The translations under genes were made by a program, and so were the position numbers. 64,000 nucleotides of DNA. Origin: an uncultured Gemmatimonadaceae bacterium (GTDB lineage: Bacteria > Gemmatimonadota > Gemmatimonadetes > Gemmatimonadales > Gemmatimonadaceae). This document shows, one piece after another, positions 19,774-28,534 of the stretch (the stretch's first letter is position 1; the number at the start of each line of letters is the position of its first letter). Below the pieces are notes generated by a model. The model made no database searches and was not told the origin of the DNA. It worked only from the letters and a program-made list of their open reading frames with translations. The stretch spans positions 2,336,001 through 2,400,000 of the forward strand of contig CAVXGK010000002.1 in assembly GCA_963761305.1 (NCBI GenBank), in the 5' to 3' direction.

Positions 19774-20627
19774 CTACCGGTGGACCGGTGGACCGGTGGA
19801 CCGGTGGACCGCTAGAGCCTGAGAGCGTCGGGGTTCCAACCCCGGCCGCGCAATTCTCGGCCTTCGGCTTGGAGCCGGAAGCCGGGAGCCAGGAGCCTGG
19901 AGCTGCGTTTCCGCCCGCGGTCCCGGTCCACCGGTCAACCGGTCAACCGGTCCACCGCCTCTTAGTCGAGCATCTCGGCCTCACCCCCTACGCCGATGCG
20001 CTCGAGTATCAGCGCGCCGTCGCCAAGGCGCGCATCAGCGGCGAGATCCCGGACGACGTCCTGCTCCTCGTCGAGCATCCGCCGGTCGTGACGCTTGGCC
20101 GCACGTCGAAGGAGCGGCATCTGCTCGCGTCGCCCGCGCAGCTGGCGGCGCGCGGCATCGAGCTGTTCGAGGTGGAGCGCGGCGGCGACGTGACGTTTCA
20201 CGGGCCGGGGCAGCTTGTCGGCTACCCGATCATCGATCTCAAGCAGCATCGCCGCGACCTGCACTGGTATCTGCGCACGCTCGAGTCGGCGCTCATCGAG
20301 GCGCTCGGCGAGTTCGGGATCCCGGCCGAGCGAAACGTCGGATTCACCGGCGTCTGGACCCAGGGGCGCAAAATCGCCTCGATCGGCGTGCACGCGCGCG
20401 ACTGGGTGACATGGCACGGCTTCGCCCTCAACGTGTCGACTGACCTCACCTACTTCGACACGATCGTCCCCTGTGGCATCGACGCCGTGACCATGACGTC
20501 GATCGCCCGGGAAACGGCGGGAAACACGGTGGACATGACGCGTGTAGAATCCGCGGTCGTCACCGCGCTCGCCGCGGCCTTTGGCCTGACTCCGCGCGCC
20601 GTCGCTCGGGTCGCGGACGTCCGCTAG
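19770..20627 (+). CDS. lipB: Lipoate-protein ligase B (octanoyltransferase) with repeat-derived N-terminal extension
   Basis: LVEHPPVVTLG, RGGDVTFHGPGQLVGYPI, KIASIG, HGFALN, IVPCG. Plausible in-frame starts are GTG 19770 (GTGA overlap with lpdA) or TTG 19869. Confidence 0.92.
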   Translation: MTTGGPVDRWTGGPLEPESVGVPTPAAQFSAFGLEPEAGSQEPGAAFPPAVPVHRSTGQPVHRLLVEHLGLTPYADALEYQRAVAKARISGEIPDDVLLLVEHPPVVTLGRTSKERHLLASPAQLAARGIELFEVERGGDVTFHGPGQLVGYPIIDLKQHRRDLHWYLRTLESALIEALGEFGIPAERNVGFTGVWTQGRKIASIGVHARDWVTWHGFALNVSTDLTYFDTIVPCGIDAVTMTSIARETAGNTVDMTRVESAVVTALAAAFGLTPRAVARVADVR

Positions 20628-20679
20628 GTTTTTGGGAAGGCCGTCCACCCGTCCACCCGTCCACCCGTCCACCCGTCCA

Positions 20680-21105
20680 ATGATCCATTCTTCCGTCAGC
20701 CGCAGGACCGTTTTCGTCGGCGCGGCGTTGGCTTCGGCCGCGCTCATCGCCGCGTGCGAGGACAAGCGAGTCAAGGAGCTCAACGCCGGCATCACCCGCG
20801 ACTCGGCCGTCACCGTGATGGCGCACGACCTCAAGCCCGGCGCGACGTCGGACTCGTTCCCGAACGTGTACACGCGTGAGCGGTTTCTCCTCGGCGGAAA
20901 GAGCGTGGAAGTGCTCTACTTCACCCCGGAGAACGACAAGGCCCGCGTGGCCGCCACCGGTCAGGAAGCGCTGAAGGTCAGGGACTCCATCCCATACAAC
21001 AGACTCACGCCGATCGTGTTCATCGACAATCGGCTGGCTGGCCGAGGATGGGCGTACTGGGACAGCATGTCGACCGCCAACAAGATCCCGGTGAAGAAGC
21101 ACTAG
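20680..21105 (+). CDS. Hypothetical lipoprotein
   Basis: Lipobox LIAAC after a basic/hydrophobic signal; ATG abuts (GTCCACCC)x4 at 20643-20679. Confidence 0.75.
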   Translation: MIHSSVSRRTVFVGAALASAALIAACEDKRVKELNAGITRDSAVTVMAHDLKPGATSDSFPNVYTRERFLLGGKSVEVLYFTPENDKARVAATGQEALKVRDSIPYNRLTPIVFIDNRLAGRGWAYWDSMSTANKIPVKKH

Positions 21106-21126
21106 CGCGAAGTCCTGCAGAGCACA

Positions 21127-21160
21127 CGGCGCCGAGGCATTTGCCTCGGCGCCGTTTTTT
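21127..21160 (+). terminator. Rho-independent terminator
   Basis: cggcgccgaggc-attt-gcctcggcgccg followed by TTTTTT. Confidence 0.85.
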
Positions 21161-21181
21161 GCGTCCACCGGTCCACTAAAT

Positions 21182-21215
21182 CGAAAGGGCCCCGTCTTTC
21201 GACGGAGCCCTTTCG
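21182..21215 (-). terminator. Hairpin terminator of the large surface lipoprotein gene
   Basis: cgaaagggccccgtc-tttc-gacggagccctttcg, 20 nt downstream of the minus-strand stop. Confidence 0.7.
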
Positions 21216-21234
21216 TACTGCTTGCACCCCAGAA

Positions 21235-24200
21235 TTACGGGGTGGTGAGGGTGATGGTCTGGATCGGCGTCTGGATCGCGTCGCCGTTCGCGTTGATGCC
21301 AATGATCACGACATCAAGCACGATCGTACCCGGGTTCGGCGGCGTCAGGTTCTGCGGACCACCGAGGTGGCTCGCAGGTGTCGCAGCCGGCGGGTTCCAG
21401 GTGAAGGCAAAGTTCCACGTGCGGTTGATACCGTTGTCCGACGTGCTCGGAGCGGATGCGACTGCATCCGTCGACGGGGCAAGGAACCACACCGCCGTCG
21501 TCGTCGGGCGATACCAGAGCTGCGTGGCGACGAACGGGTTCGTGAAGATGCCCGTTGCACCAGTCGCAACCGCCGTGAGTACCGTCGACGTCGGGTTGGC
21601 CGCCGTCACCGACGACGGGCCGTTCGAGACGTTCGCGGCGCTGGCGCTGATGGCGAAGCCGCCAGAGAAGTTCGTCCAAGCCGTAGCGCCGCCAACGAAG
21701 TTGGTGGGCTGGCTCGCAAGGACGATGTCCTTGAAGCCGACGTTGGCCGACGGATCCTGAGCGCTGACGAAGAAGTCCGTCGCGTTCGTGGTGTTGGCAA
21801 CCGTCGCCGTCGGAGCCGCCACGCCGTTGTTCACCTGGAGGTTCTTGATGAAGTTCGGCAGTGTCGGGCTGATCGGGGTCGAGTTCGTCAGAACGTTGTC
21901 GAACGCAACGCCCGGTCCCGTGGTGATGGCGTACTGATAGATACCGCTCGGGTAGGCAACTGCCGGCCACGAGGCGACGAAGTCACCCACGCCCGTAGCC
22001 GCGTTGTCCGTCACGTTCGCCGGGAGGGCGGTCGTGGCGTTACCCGTGATCGTCGGCGGAACGTCAACGTTGACGACGGTCGGGATCGAGTTGTCGCCAA
22101 GGATGGTGGCCTTGAACGCGGACGACACGTTGTTGGCCTGGTCAGAGGCGATGATCTCGGTCGTGAAGTAACCGTTCACCTGCGGAACGTTGCCGCTCGA
22201 GGGGAACGTCGAAGCGGTTGGCACACCGCCCGGCGTGTAAGGAACCGGCGAGCAGAAGCCGACCTGCGTGCCGTTGGCCGCGAAAACCGGCAATGCGTTC
22301 GTGGCAGCCTTAGCCGACGTGGCGTTGAAGCGGCCGATGACGCACGGGTTGAGCGTGCTGTTCGGCGTGGCGCTGAAGATTTCGCCCAAGCCGGCGCGAG
22401 CCGCAGCGGCAATGTTGCTCGAAACGACGTTCTCGAAGCCCGTCACGCTCGTGCTCGTGGTGAAGCCGTTCCACTCACGAACCTGGGCGACGAGGACCGT
22501 ACCCGGACCAGCGTACGTGCCGATGCCCGAGGAACCGATCGTGCCGTTGTCGATCACGTTGAAGACGTAGTTGCCCGGGGTCGCCGGGTTGTTGTACACG
22601 TTGCCCTGGGCTTCGCCGCTCACGAACGTGAGTGTCGGCGGCGTCAGGTCGACGCCGAACTTCGCCGAAGCCGGAGCCGCACCAGCCGACCACTGCGGGC
22701 AAGCACCGGTCGGGCAGACCCACGACGTATCCGCGTTGCCGAGCCGGTCGGTCGTGATCTGGCGGAGCAGGTTCGCGGTACCCGTCGCCGTCTCGGCCAG
22801 GTTCGCCGGGTTGGCAACGGTCGTGAACGTGCCGGTGTTGGACGTGCCGGTCTGGAAGAACACCGTGACCGAGTCGACGCCCGAGAAATCGCAGTTGCTC
22901 GTCGTCGTCACACCACCAACCGGAACGCAGCTCATGAACGGCGGCACGCCAGCCGCATCAAAGCCCAGACGGTCGGCGCCGCGATAGCCGGCGGCCGAGT
23001 CGCCCGCGAAGCGGAACGAAGCGTTGAGGAAGCCGTTCGGGCCGGTGTTCTGATCCGTGTTGCTCGCCAGCGTGAGCCCACCGGAGGTTGGCTTCTGCGT
23101 GTCGAGCCGGAACGGATTCGTGCCACCGCAGAAGGCTCCGCAGAACTGCGGAACGCCACCGGCGCCGGGGTTCGCCAAGTACGACGAAGCCGTCACGATG
23201 CCGAACCCGTTCGGATTCTGGAACGTGTTGCCGGAGTTGTCGACCGCGACGACGCCCACCGTGGCGTCGGAGTTCGCGTCGGTCTTGCTGTCGATGTTCA
23301 GCGGGTTCGTCGACGCCGGGTTGTTGGTGTCGAGGAAGGTCAACGACTGCGCCGCGGAGCCCACCGAGCCGTTCTTCCCCTCATACGAAATCGTCGCCGA
23401 AACCGACGAGCGATTCGGGGTGAAGAAAACAGGCAATTCGGAGATCGTCACGTCGCCGCCGTGCCAGGCGAGGCCCGTCAGCGGGTTGGTCGCTTGCTTC
23501 GTCGACGCCATGGTCCCGACGATCACGTCAGGGTTCACGAGGACCAAGGTCTCCGTGTTCGAACCAGCCGGCGTACCCTGCGCCGTGCGAGCGCGACCCT
23601 TGATCGTGCAGTTGCCGTTCTTGAACGACGGCACGCCCGTGGTCGAATTGAAGTTCGCCGTGTTGTAGCTGAGCTGAACCGGCGCGGCGGCCGCCTCGGC
23701 GGCCAGCGGGACCTTGTCGGACGAACCGAGGTTCTGGCTCGCGACGACCGTGTCCGTGCCCGAGTTGCCCGGGCCCGTGCAATTCAGGATCAGGTCGATG
23801 CCCGTGAGCGTCTGCGTGCCGGGATCAACGTTCATCGTCACGTCGATCTGGCCCATGATCGCGGCAAGGTTCGCCGGCACCGAATTACAGTTGCCGAGGA
23901 CCGAGCACGTGGTCTGGTTGACGCTCGCGACGGTAACCGTCGCATTGACCGTCGCGCCGACCGTAACGACTGCGGCGCCCGTCACCGACGGATTCGCCTT
24001 CGAGGCGGCGATGATCGTCGCCGTACCACCGGCAACTGCGGTCACGACGCCGGTCTGGTCGACGGTCGCAATCGTGGAGGACGAGGACGTCCACGTCACG
24101 GTGCGATCGGTCACGCCCGCGCCGGCATCAACCGACGCCGCAAGCGTAACCTTGTCCCCGATCTTCATCGGGATCGGGCCAGCGGGTGACACCGTAACCG

Positions 24201-24318
24201 AGTGCACCGTGCTGTCAATCGGGTTCGGCGGGACCGTCACTTTGTCGCCGCAAGCCACTGTCAGGCCCGCGTACGCAAAGACGCCCGCCACTAAAAGAGA
24301 ACGAACTACGGATGGCAT
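21235..24318 (-). CDS. Large Thr/Asn/Gly-rich surface lipoprotein with N-terminal Ig-like (Big_2) domain; S-layer candidate
   Basis: Lipobox LTVAC; VTWTSSSSTIATVDQTGVVTAVAGGTATI Big_2 pattern; 1027 aa, beta-rich; SD-like AAGGGG upstream. Confidence 0.8.
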   Translation of the reverse strand: MPSVVRSLLVAGVFAYAGLTVACGDKVTVPPNPIDSTVHSVTVSPAGPIPMKIGDKVTLAASVDAGAGVTDRTVTWTSSSSTIATVDQTGVVTAVAGGTATIIAASKANPSVTGAAVVTVGATVNATVTVASVNQTTCSVLGNCNSVPANLAAIMGQIDVTMNVDPGTQTLTGIDLILNCTGPGNSGTDTVVASQNLGSSDKVPLAAEAAAAPVQLSYNTANFNSTTGVPSFKNGNCTIKGRARTAQGTPAGSNTETLVLVNPDVIVGTMASTKQATNPLTGLAWHGGDVTISELPVFFTPNRSSVSATISYEGKNGSVGSAAQSLTFLDTNNPASTNPLNIDSKTDANSDATVGVVAVDNSGNTFQNPNGFGIVTASSYLANPGAGGVPQFCGAFCGGTNPFRLDTQKPTSGGLTLASNTDQNTGPNGFLNASFRFAGDSAAGYRGADRLGFDAAGVPPFMSCVPVGGVTTTSNCDFSGVDSVTVFFQTGTSNTGTFTTVANPANLAETATGTANLLRQITTDRLGNADTSWVCPTGACPQWSAGAAPASAKFGVDLTPPTLTFVSGEAQGNVYNNPATPGNYVFNVIDNGTIGSSGIGTYAGPGTVLVAQVREWNGFTTSTSVTGFENVVSSNIAAAARAGLGEIFSATPNSTLNPCVIGRFNATSAKAATNALPVFAANGTQVGFCSPVPYTPGGVPTASTFPSSGNVPQVNGYFTTEIIASDQANNVSSAFKATILGDNSIPTVVNVDVPPTITGNATTALPANVTDNAATGVGDFVASWPAVAYPSGIYQYAITTGPGVAFDNVLTNSTPISPTLPNFIKNLQVNNGVAAPTATVANTTNATDFFVSAQDPSANVGFKDIVLASQPTNFVGGATAWTNFSGGFAISASAANVSNGPSSVTAANPTSTVLTAVATGATGIFTNPFVATQLWYRPTTTAVWFLAPSTDAVASAPSTSDNGINRTWNFAFTWNPPAATPASHLGGPQNLTPPNPGTIVLDVVIIGINANGDAIQTPIQTITLTTP

Positions 24319-24833
24319 CTTACCCCCTTGGTAAGTGATGCGATGTGAAAACCAAGAACTTCGACTTCGCTACCCTTCGACTTCTTACATCCTCACAGCG
24401 CGCCACGCCTTCGGTGAGACGACCGCGTTCGTCCGCGACACGTCGGGGAATCGTGGCTCTTCCCCCTGGAAAATTCGCAAAACACAACACTGGCACAAAA
24501 AGAGTCAGTTCGCCAAACGACCCAAGATATGGGCGACCGTCAAGTCGGTCAAGAACGCGGTTCTCGACGACTTACCCGGCTTACCGCTCTGTTTTCTCGA
24601 ACTGTCGCCTGCACAGCCTTGCGCGCGGCCCAGAAACCAGCCAACAAAATTGACACAAAGCCACGCGAACCCCGAGGCCGAAATTGGCCCTGGTGTCGGA
24701 TTAGGACGCGGACCCTCGCCGCAGGTAACGCCGACCGTCACGCATTCCGGACTTCGCAACCAATTATTTGCTACAGCGTGACTTCCCGCACGGCGCCGCT
24801 ACCGAAACCAACCCGAAGCGATAACTTGCCGCC

Positions 24834-26951
24834 ATGCAGCCGAGCGACGTCGCCCCCACCCCCAGTCCACTCGTCTATCCCTCTCGAGAACGAAGCGTCG
24901 ACGCAACCCCACGGGACTTTACCGCGGAGCTGAACCGCGAACAGGCCGCTGCGGCCACTCATGGCTCGGGGCCCCTCCTCATCATCGCCGGGGCCGGGAC
25001 CGGAAAAACCAGGACCCTGGTGTACCGGGTCGCACACCTTATAGAACGGGGGGTTGCTCCCGAGAGGATTCTCCTCCTCACCTTCACCCGTCGCGCCGCG
25101 CACGAGATGCTCTCCCGCGCCGAGCGGCTGGTCGGGTCGGCATCAACCCGGGTGCAAGGCGGAACGTTCCACGCCACGGGGCATCGGTTGCTCCGCAAGT
25201 TCGGTCCCGAGGCGGGACTCGCCCGCGACTTCTCGATCATGGACCAGGGCGACGCCGAAGACCTCATGCAGCTCGCCCGCGGCAGCCTCGGATTCGGCAA
25301 ATCCGAAAAGCGATTCCCCAAGAAGGAAACGCTGCACTACGTCTACTCTCGGCACATCAACGCCGAGATCCCGATCGAGGCGCTGATCGAGCGCGAGTTC
25401 CCGCAGTTCCTCGAGCAGATGCCCGACATGGTGCGCGTCTACGCCGAGTACGTGAGCCGGAAATCTGAGCGCAACCTGGTCGACTACGACGACCTGCTGC
25501 TCTTCTGGGCCTTGATGCTCGAGCAGTCGCCGGCGCTCGCCGACCGCATCGCGGGGCAATACGATCACATTCTCGTCGACGAGTATCAGGACACGAACCT
25601 GCTCCAGGCGCGCATCCTCCGCGGGATGTGCCGTACTCATACGAATATCTCCGTCGTCGGCGACGACGCGCAGAGCATCTACTCGTTCCGCGGCGCCAAC
25701 TTCCGGAACATCCTGGATTTTCCGAAGCAGTTCGCGGGCACGGAGGTCGTGGCGCTCGAGCAGAACTATCGCTCGACGCAGCCGATCCTCGATACGACGA
25801 ACACGTTGATCTCACGCGCGCTCGAGCGATTCACCAAGGCGCTGTGGACGACGCGCGCCGGTTCGGAGCCGGCGTGGCTCGTCACCGCGCGCGACGAACA
25901 GCTGCAAACGCGCTTCGTCGTCGATCGGATTCTCGAATTGCACGAGGAAGGCACGCCGCTCCACGAGATGGCGGTGCTCGTGCGCGCAGCGTACATGTCG
26001 GCCGACCTCGAGATCGAGCTCACCAACCGGAACATCCCGTTCGAGAAGTGGGGCGGTCTCAAGTTCCTCGAGGCCGCGCACGTGAAGGACGTCCTCGCGT
26101 TCCTGCGCGTGCTAGACAATCCGCGCGACGAGGTGAGTTGGTACCGCATTCTCATGCTGATGCCCGGCATCGGCGACGCCACGGCCCGCGCGATCATGCA
26201 AACACTGGCCGAGCGGTCGTGGGACCCGGATGCCTTCGGGCGGTTCGACCCGCCGCCGCGCGCGCGCGACGCACATCGCGATCTCGCGGCGCTGCTCCGC
26301 ACGCTGCGTGGGGCGAAGCGCGGCGAAGGCGGGGTCGGCGAAGACATTGACGAGATCCGACAACTATATGATGGGGTTCTGGCGGAGCGTTATGATCGCT
26401 CGGAACCTCGACTGGCTGATCTCGACCAACTGCGCGTAATCGCCGCCGGCTACCCGAGCCGCGCCGCATTCCTGGCCGCGCTCGCCCTCGAGCCGCCGCA
26501 GAGCACGCAGGATCTACCGACGGGCAGCCAATCCGAGGACGACGCGCTCGTCATCAGCACCGTCCACAGCGCCAAGGGCAAAGAGTGGGACGCGGTGTTC
26601 GTGATCTGGGCGGTGGACGGCTGGTTCCCGTCGTCGCGCTCGCTCGACGACGAAGACCAGCTGGAGGAGGAACGCCGATTGATGTACGTCGCGATGACGC
26701 GCGCCAAGAATCACCTCGCGGTGACGTACCCACTCCACGTTTACGCCACGCGCCGCGGGTCCGACTATTCGATCGACCAACTCTCCCGCTTCATCGACCG
26801 CGGCGTCCGCGACAAGATGCGCCGCGTCGTGCCGCAAGATTCGTCGCCCGCCGCCGAGATGCCGCCCGAACGCACCGCCGCGCCGCCGATCGATCTCCGT
26901 GCGCTGCTCCGTGGACGCTTCGAACCGCCGAGCGGTCGGGCGCCAGCCTAG
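24834..26951 (+). CDS. UvrD/Rep/PcrA family ATP-dependent helicase
   Basis: AGAGTGKT, LVDEYQD, VGDDAQSIYSFRGA, LEQNYRS, STVHSAKGKEW, EEERRLMYVAMTRA. Confidence 0.95.
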   Translation: MQPSDVAPTPSPLVYPSRERSVDATPRDFTAELNREQAAAATHGSGPLLIIAGAGTGKTRTLVYRVAHLIERGVAPERILLLTFTRRAAHEMLSRAERLVGSASTRVQGGTFHATGHRLLRKFGPEAGLARDFSIMDQGDAEDLMQLARGSLGFGKSEKRFPKKETLHYVYSRHINAEIPIEALIEREFPQFLEQMPDMVRVYAEYVSRKSERNLVDYDDLLLFWALMLEQSPALADRIAGQYDHILVDEYQDTNLLQARILRGMCRTHTNISVVGDDAQSIYSFRGANFRNILDFPKQFAGTEVVALEQNYRSTQPILDTTNTLISRALERFTKALWTTRAGSEPAWLVTARDEQLQTRFVVDRILELHEEGTPLHEMAVLVRAAYMSADLEIELTNRNIPFEKWGGLKFLEAAHVKDVLAFLRVLDNPRDEVSWYRILMLMPGIGDATARAIMQTLAERSWDPDAFGRFDPPPRARDAHRDLAALLRTLRGAKRGEGGVGEDIDEIRQLYDGVLAERYDRSEPRLADLDQLRVIAAGYPSRAAFLAALALEPPQSTQDLPTGSQSEDDALVISTVHSAKGKEWDAVFVIWAVDGWFPSSRSLDDEDQLEEERRLMYVAMTRAKNHLAVTYPLHVYATRRGSDYSIDQLSRFIDRGVRDKMRRVVPQDSSPAAEMPPERTAAPPIDLRALLRGRFEPPSGRAPA

Positions 26952-27315
26952 CCACTACCTCCGTTAGAGAGATTTCAACACAGATGCCGCAGATTTGAAC
27001 TGCAATTGCCGCAGATCTGCGGCATTGTCTTTGAAATCTGCGGCATCTGTGTTCAATTCTCTTGGCGAACGCGGTGGCTGGATCGTCGCGTCGACAATTT
27101 TCCAAGTCTGTTAGTTCAGATGTTGCCCGGACGCTTCGAACCGCCGAGGCGTCAGGCGCCGATCTAGCCACGGACTGTGTTCAAGAAAATGCAACGCAGA
27201 TGCCGCAGATCTGAACAGCGATTCCGCAGATCTGCGGCAATTGCAGTTCACATCTGCGGCATCTGCGTTTCAATTTTCTTGACTTAAGTAGTGGCTGGAT
27301 CGCCGCGCAGACAAA
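26913..27315. repeat. Two tandem about 216-bp units, each holding a nested palindromic MITE/REPIN-like element
   Basis: Perfect 20-bp IR 26977-26996/27034-27053 around palindrome TGCCGCAGATCTGCGGCA; second IR 27181-27210/27252-27282; direct repeat ggacgcttcgaaccgccgag at 26913 and 27129. Confidence 0.85.
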
Positions 27316-27321
27316 CCTGTT

Positions 27322-28407
27322 TCATCGAACCGGCAGATTGCCTGGCTCGGGGCCGAGCCAGGTTCGAATGGAACCGAAGGGGTCGTCGGGCTTGGATTTG
27401 GCGAGGTCGATGATGCGGGAAATCGCGCGACGGAGGTCGCCGTCTTCGTGCACCCAGATGCGATCGAACAGGTCCAGATCCGTGTTGTAGATTCGGTGCG
27501 CGAGGAGTGCGGCGTTGTCGAGCCGCACGCGAGGCAGGGCCGCCGCGGGAATGGTGCGGAGCTGCGGGCCGAGCGTCGTCACCAGATCGTGTCGCGCGCG
27601 CGCATAGAGTGAGTCGCGCGCCGCAATGCGGGCCAGCGAGTCGGACGGGTGCGCGCGGAACGCCGAGTCGACGCGCGCGTAGAGCGTCGCCCAGAACTGC
27701 GCCAGCAGCTTGTCGTCCGCCCACCGCGCGTCGGCTTGATCGGCCGCCGCCGGTTCGCCGCGCGAGCGGAAGAACCACGCCGACCCGCGCGCACCGACGA
27801 AGCTGGCGAACGATTCGTTGAACACCGCTTGCCCCGACGCGTAAAACGTGTTGTGCGTCAGCTCGTGAATGACCGTGTTCGCGAGGTCGATGGTGTCGGC
27901 GCGCAACGACGTGGACAACAGTGGATCGTTGAACCAGCCGAGCGTGCTGAACGCCGGCGAGGGACGCAGGTAGACGTCGAAACCCTTGCTCGCCAAGTCG
28001 TGTTCCGCCGACTGCGCCGCGCCAAAATCGAAGAACCCCTTGTACGGCACGCGTCCGACGATCGGAAACCACCACGTGTACGGCGTGAGCCGGTCGGGGT
28101 ACGCGCCCGACAGCACGAGGACGAGCGTGTCTCGGTCGAGATGGCTATAGGTCGTGAAACTCTGGCGCGTGCGGAGATGGATCGAGTCGGCCGCAAACGC
28201 GCGCGCCGCCAGCACGAGGCGCAGCTTGGCTGCCGTTTCCGCCGGCGTCGCCGCATCGGCCACGATGGCCTCGATCGAGCGGCGCCGAGCCAGAATCCCG
28301 CCCTCCGCCCACGCCGCGCGGACGAGATACCGCCCGGTCGGCGAAAGGGCGAGCCAAGCAATCAACAGGAGAACGAGAACCGCAAGTACGCGACGGATTC
28401 GACGCAT
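27322..28407 (-). CDS. Predicted zinc aminopeptidase (DUF2265-like)
   Basis: WWFPIVGRVPYKGFF, FSTLGWFNDP, IHELTH (HExxH), FNESFA; N-terminal membrane anchor. Confidence 0.85.
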   Translation of the reverse strand: MRRIRRVLAVLVLLLIAWLALSPTGRYLVRAAWAEGGILARRRSIEAIVADAATPAETAAKLRLVLAARAFAADSIHLRTRQSFTTYSHLDRDTLVLVLSGAYPDRLTPYTWWFPIVGRVPYKGFFDFGAAQSAEHDLASKGFDVYLRPSPAFSTLGWFNDPLLSTSLRADTIDLANTVIHELTHNTFYASGQAVFNESFASFVGARGSAWFFRSRGEPAAADQADARWADDKLLAQFWATLYARVDSAFRAHPSDSLARIAARDSLYARARHDLVTTLGPQLRTIPAAALPRVRLDNAALLAHRIYNTDLDLFDRIWVHEDGDLRRAISRIIDLAKSKPDDPFGSIRTWLGPEPGNLPVR

Positions 28408-28419
28408 TGATGAACTTTA

Positions 28420-28521
28420 GGTGGACCGGTGGACCGGTGGACCGGTAGACCGGGACTGCAAACGGCGATGAACGCGGTTTCGACGCCGTTCGCGGGCGAT
28501 CCACCGGTCCACCCGTCCACC
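28420..28521. repeat. Inverted octamer-array pair in the divergent aminopeptidase/dnaE intergenic region
   Basis: (GGTGGACC)x3 plus GGTAGACC at 28420-28451; (N)RTCCACC x3 at 28498-28521. Confidence 0.85.
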
Positions 28522-28534
28522 GCTATTTTTCGCT

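Noticed and set aside
21367..24189. 940-aa plus-strand ORF and other long shadow ORFs (e.g. 1230-3083, 3187-5070, 42842-44851, 47586-49115)
   Set aside because: Arg/Ala-rich antisense or off-frame products of high-GC codon bias overlapping well-supported genes.
24335..24833. Riboswitch or known ncRNA in the long intergenic region (also 49670-49830 and 61100-61500)
   Set aside because: No Rfam consensus that I can recognise by eye; an Infernal search would be needed.
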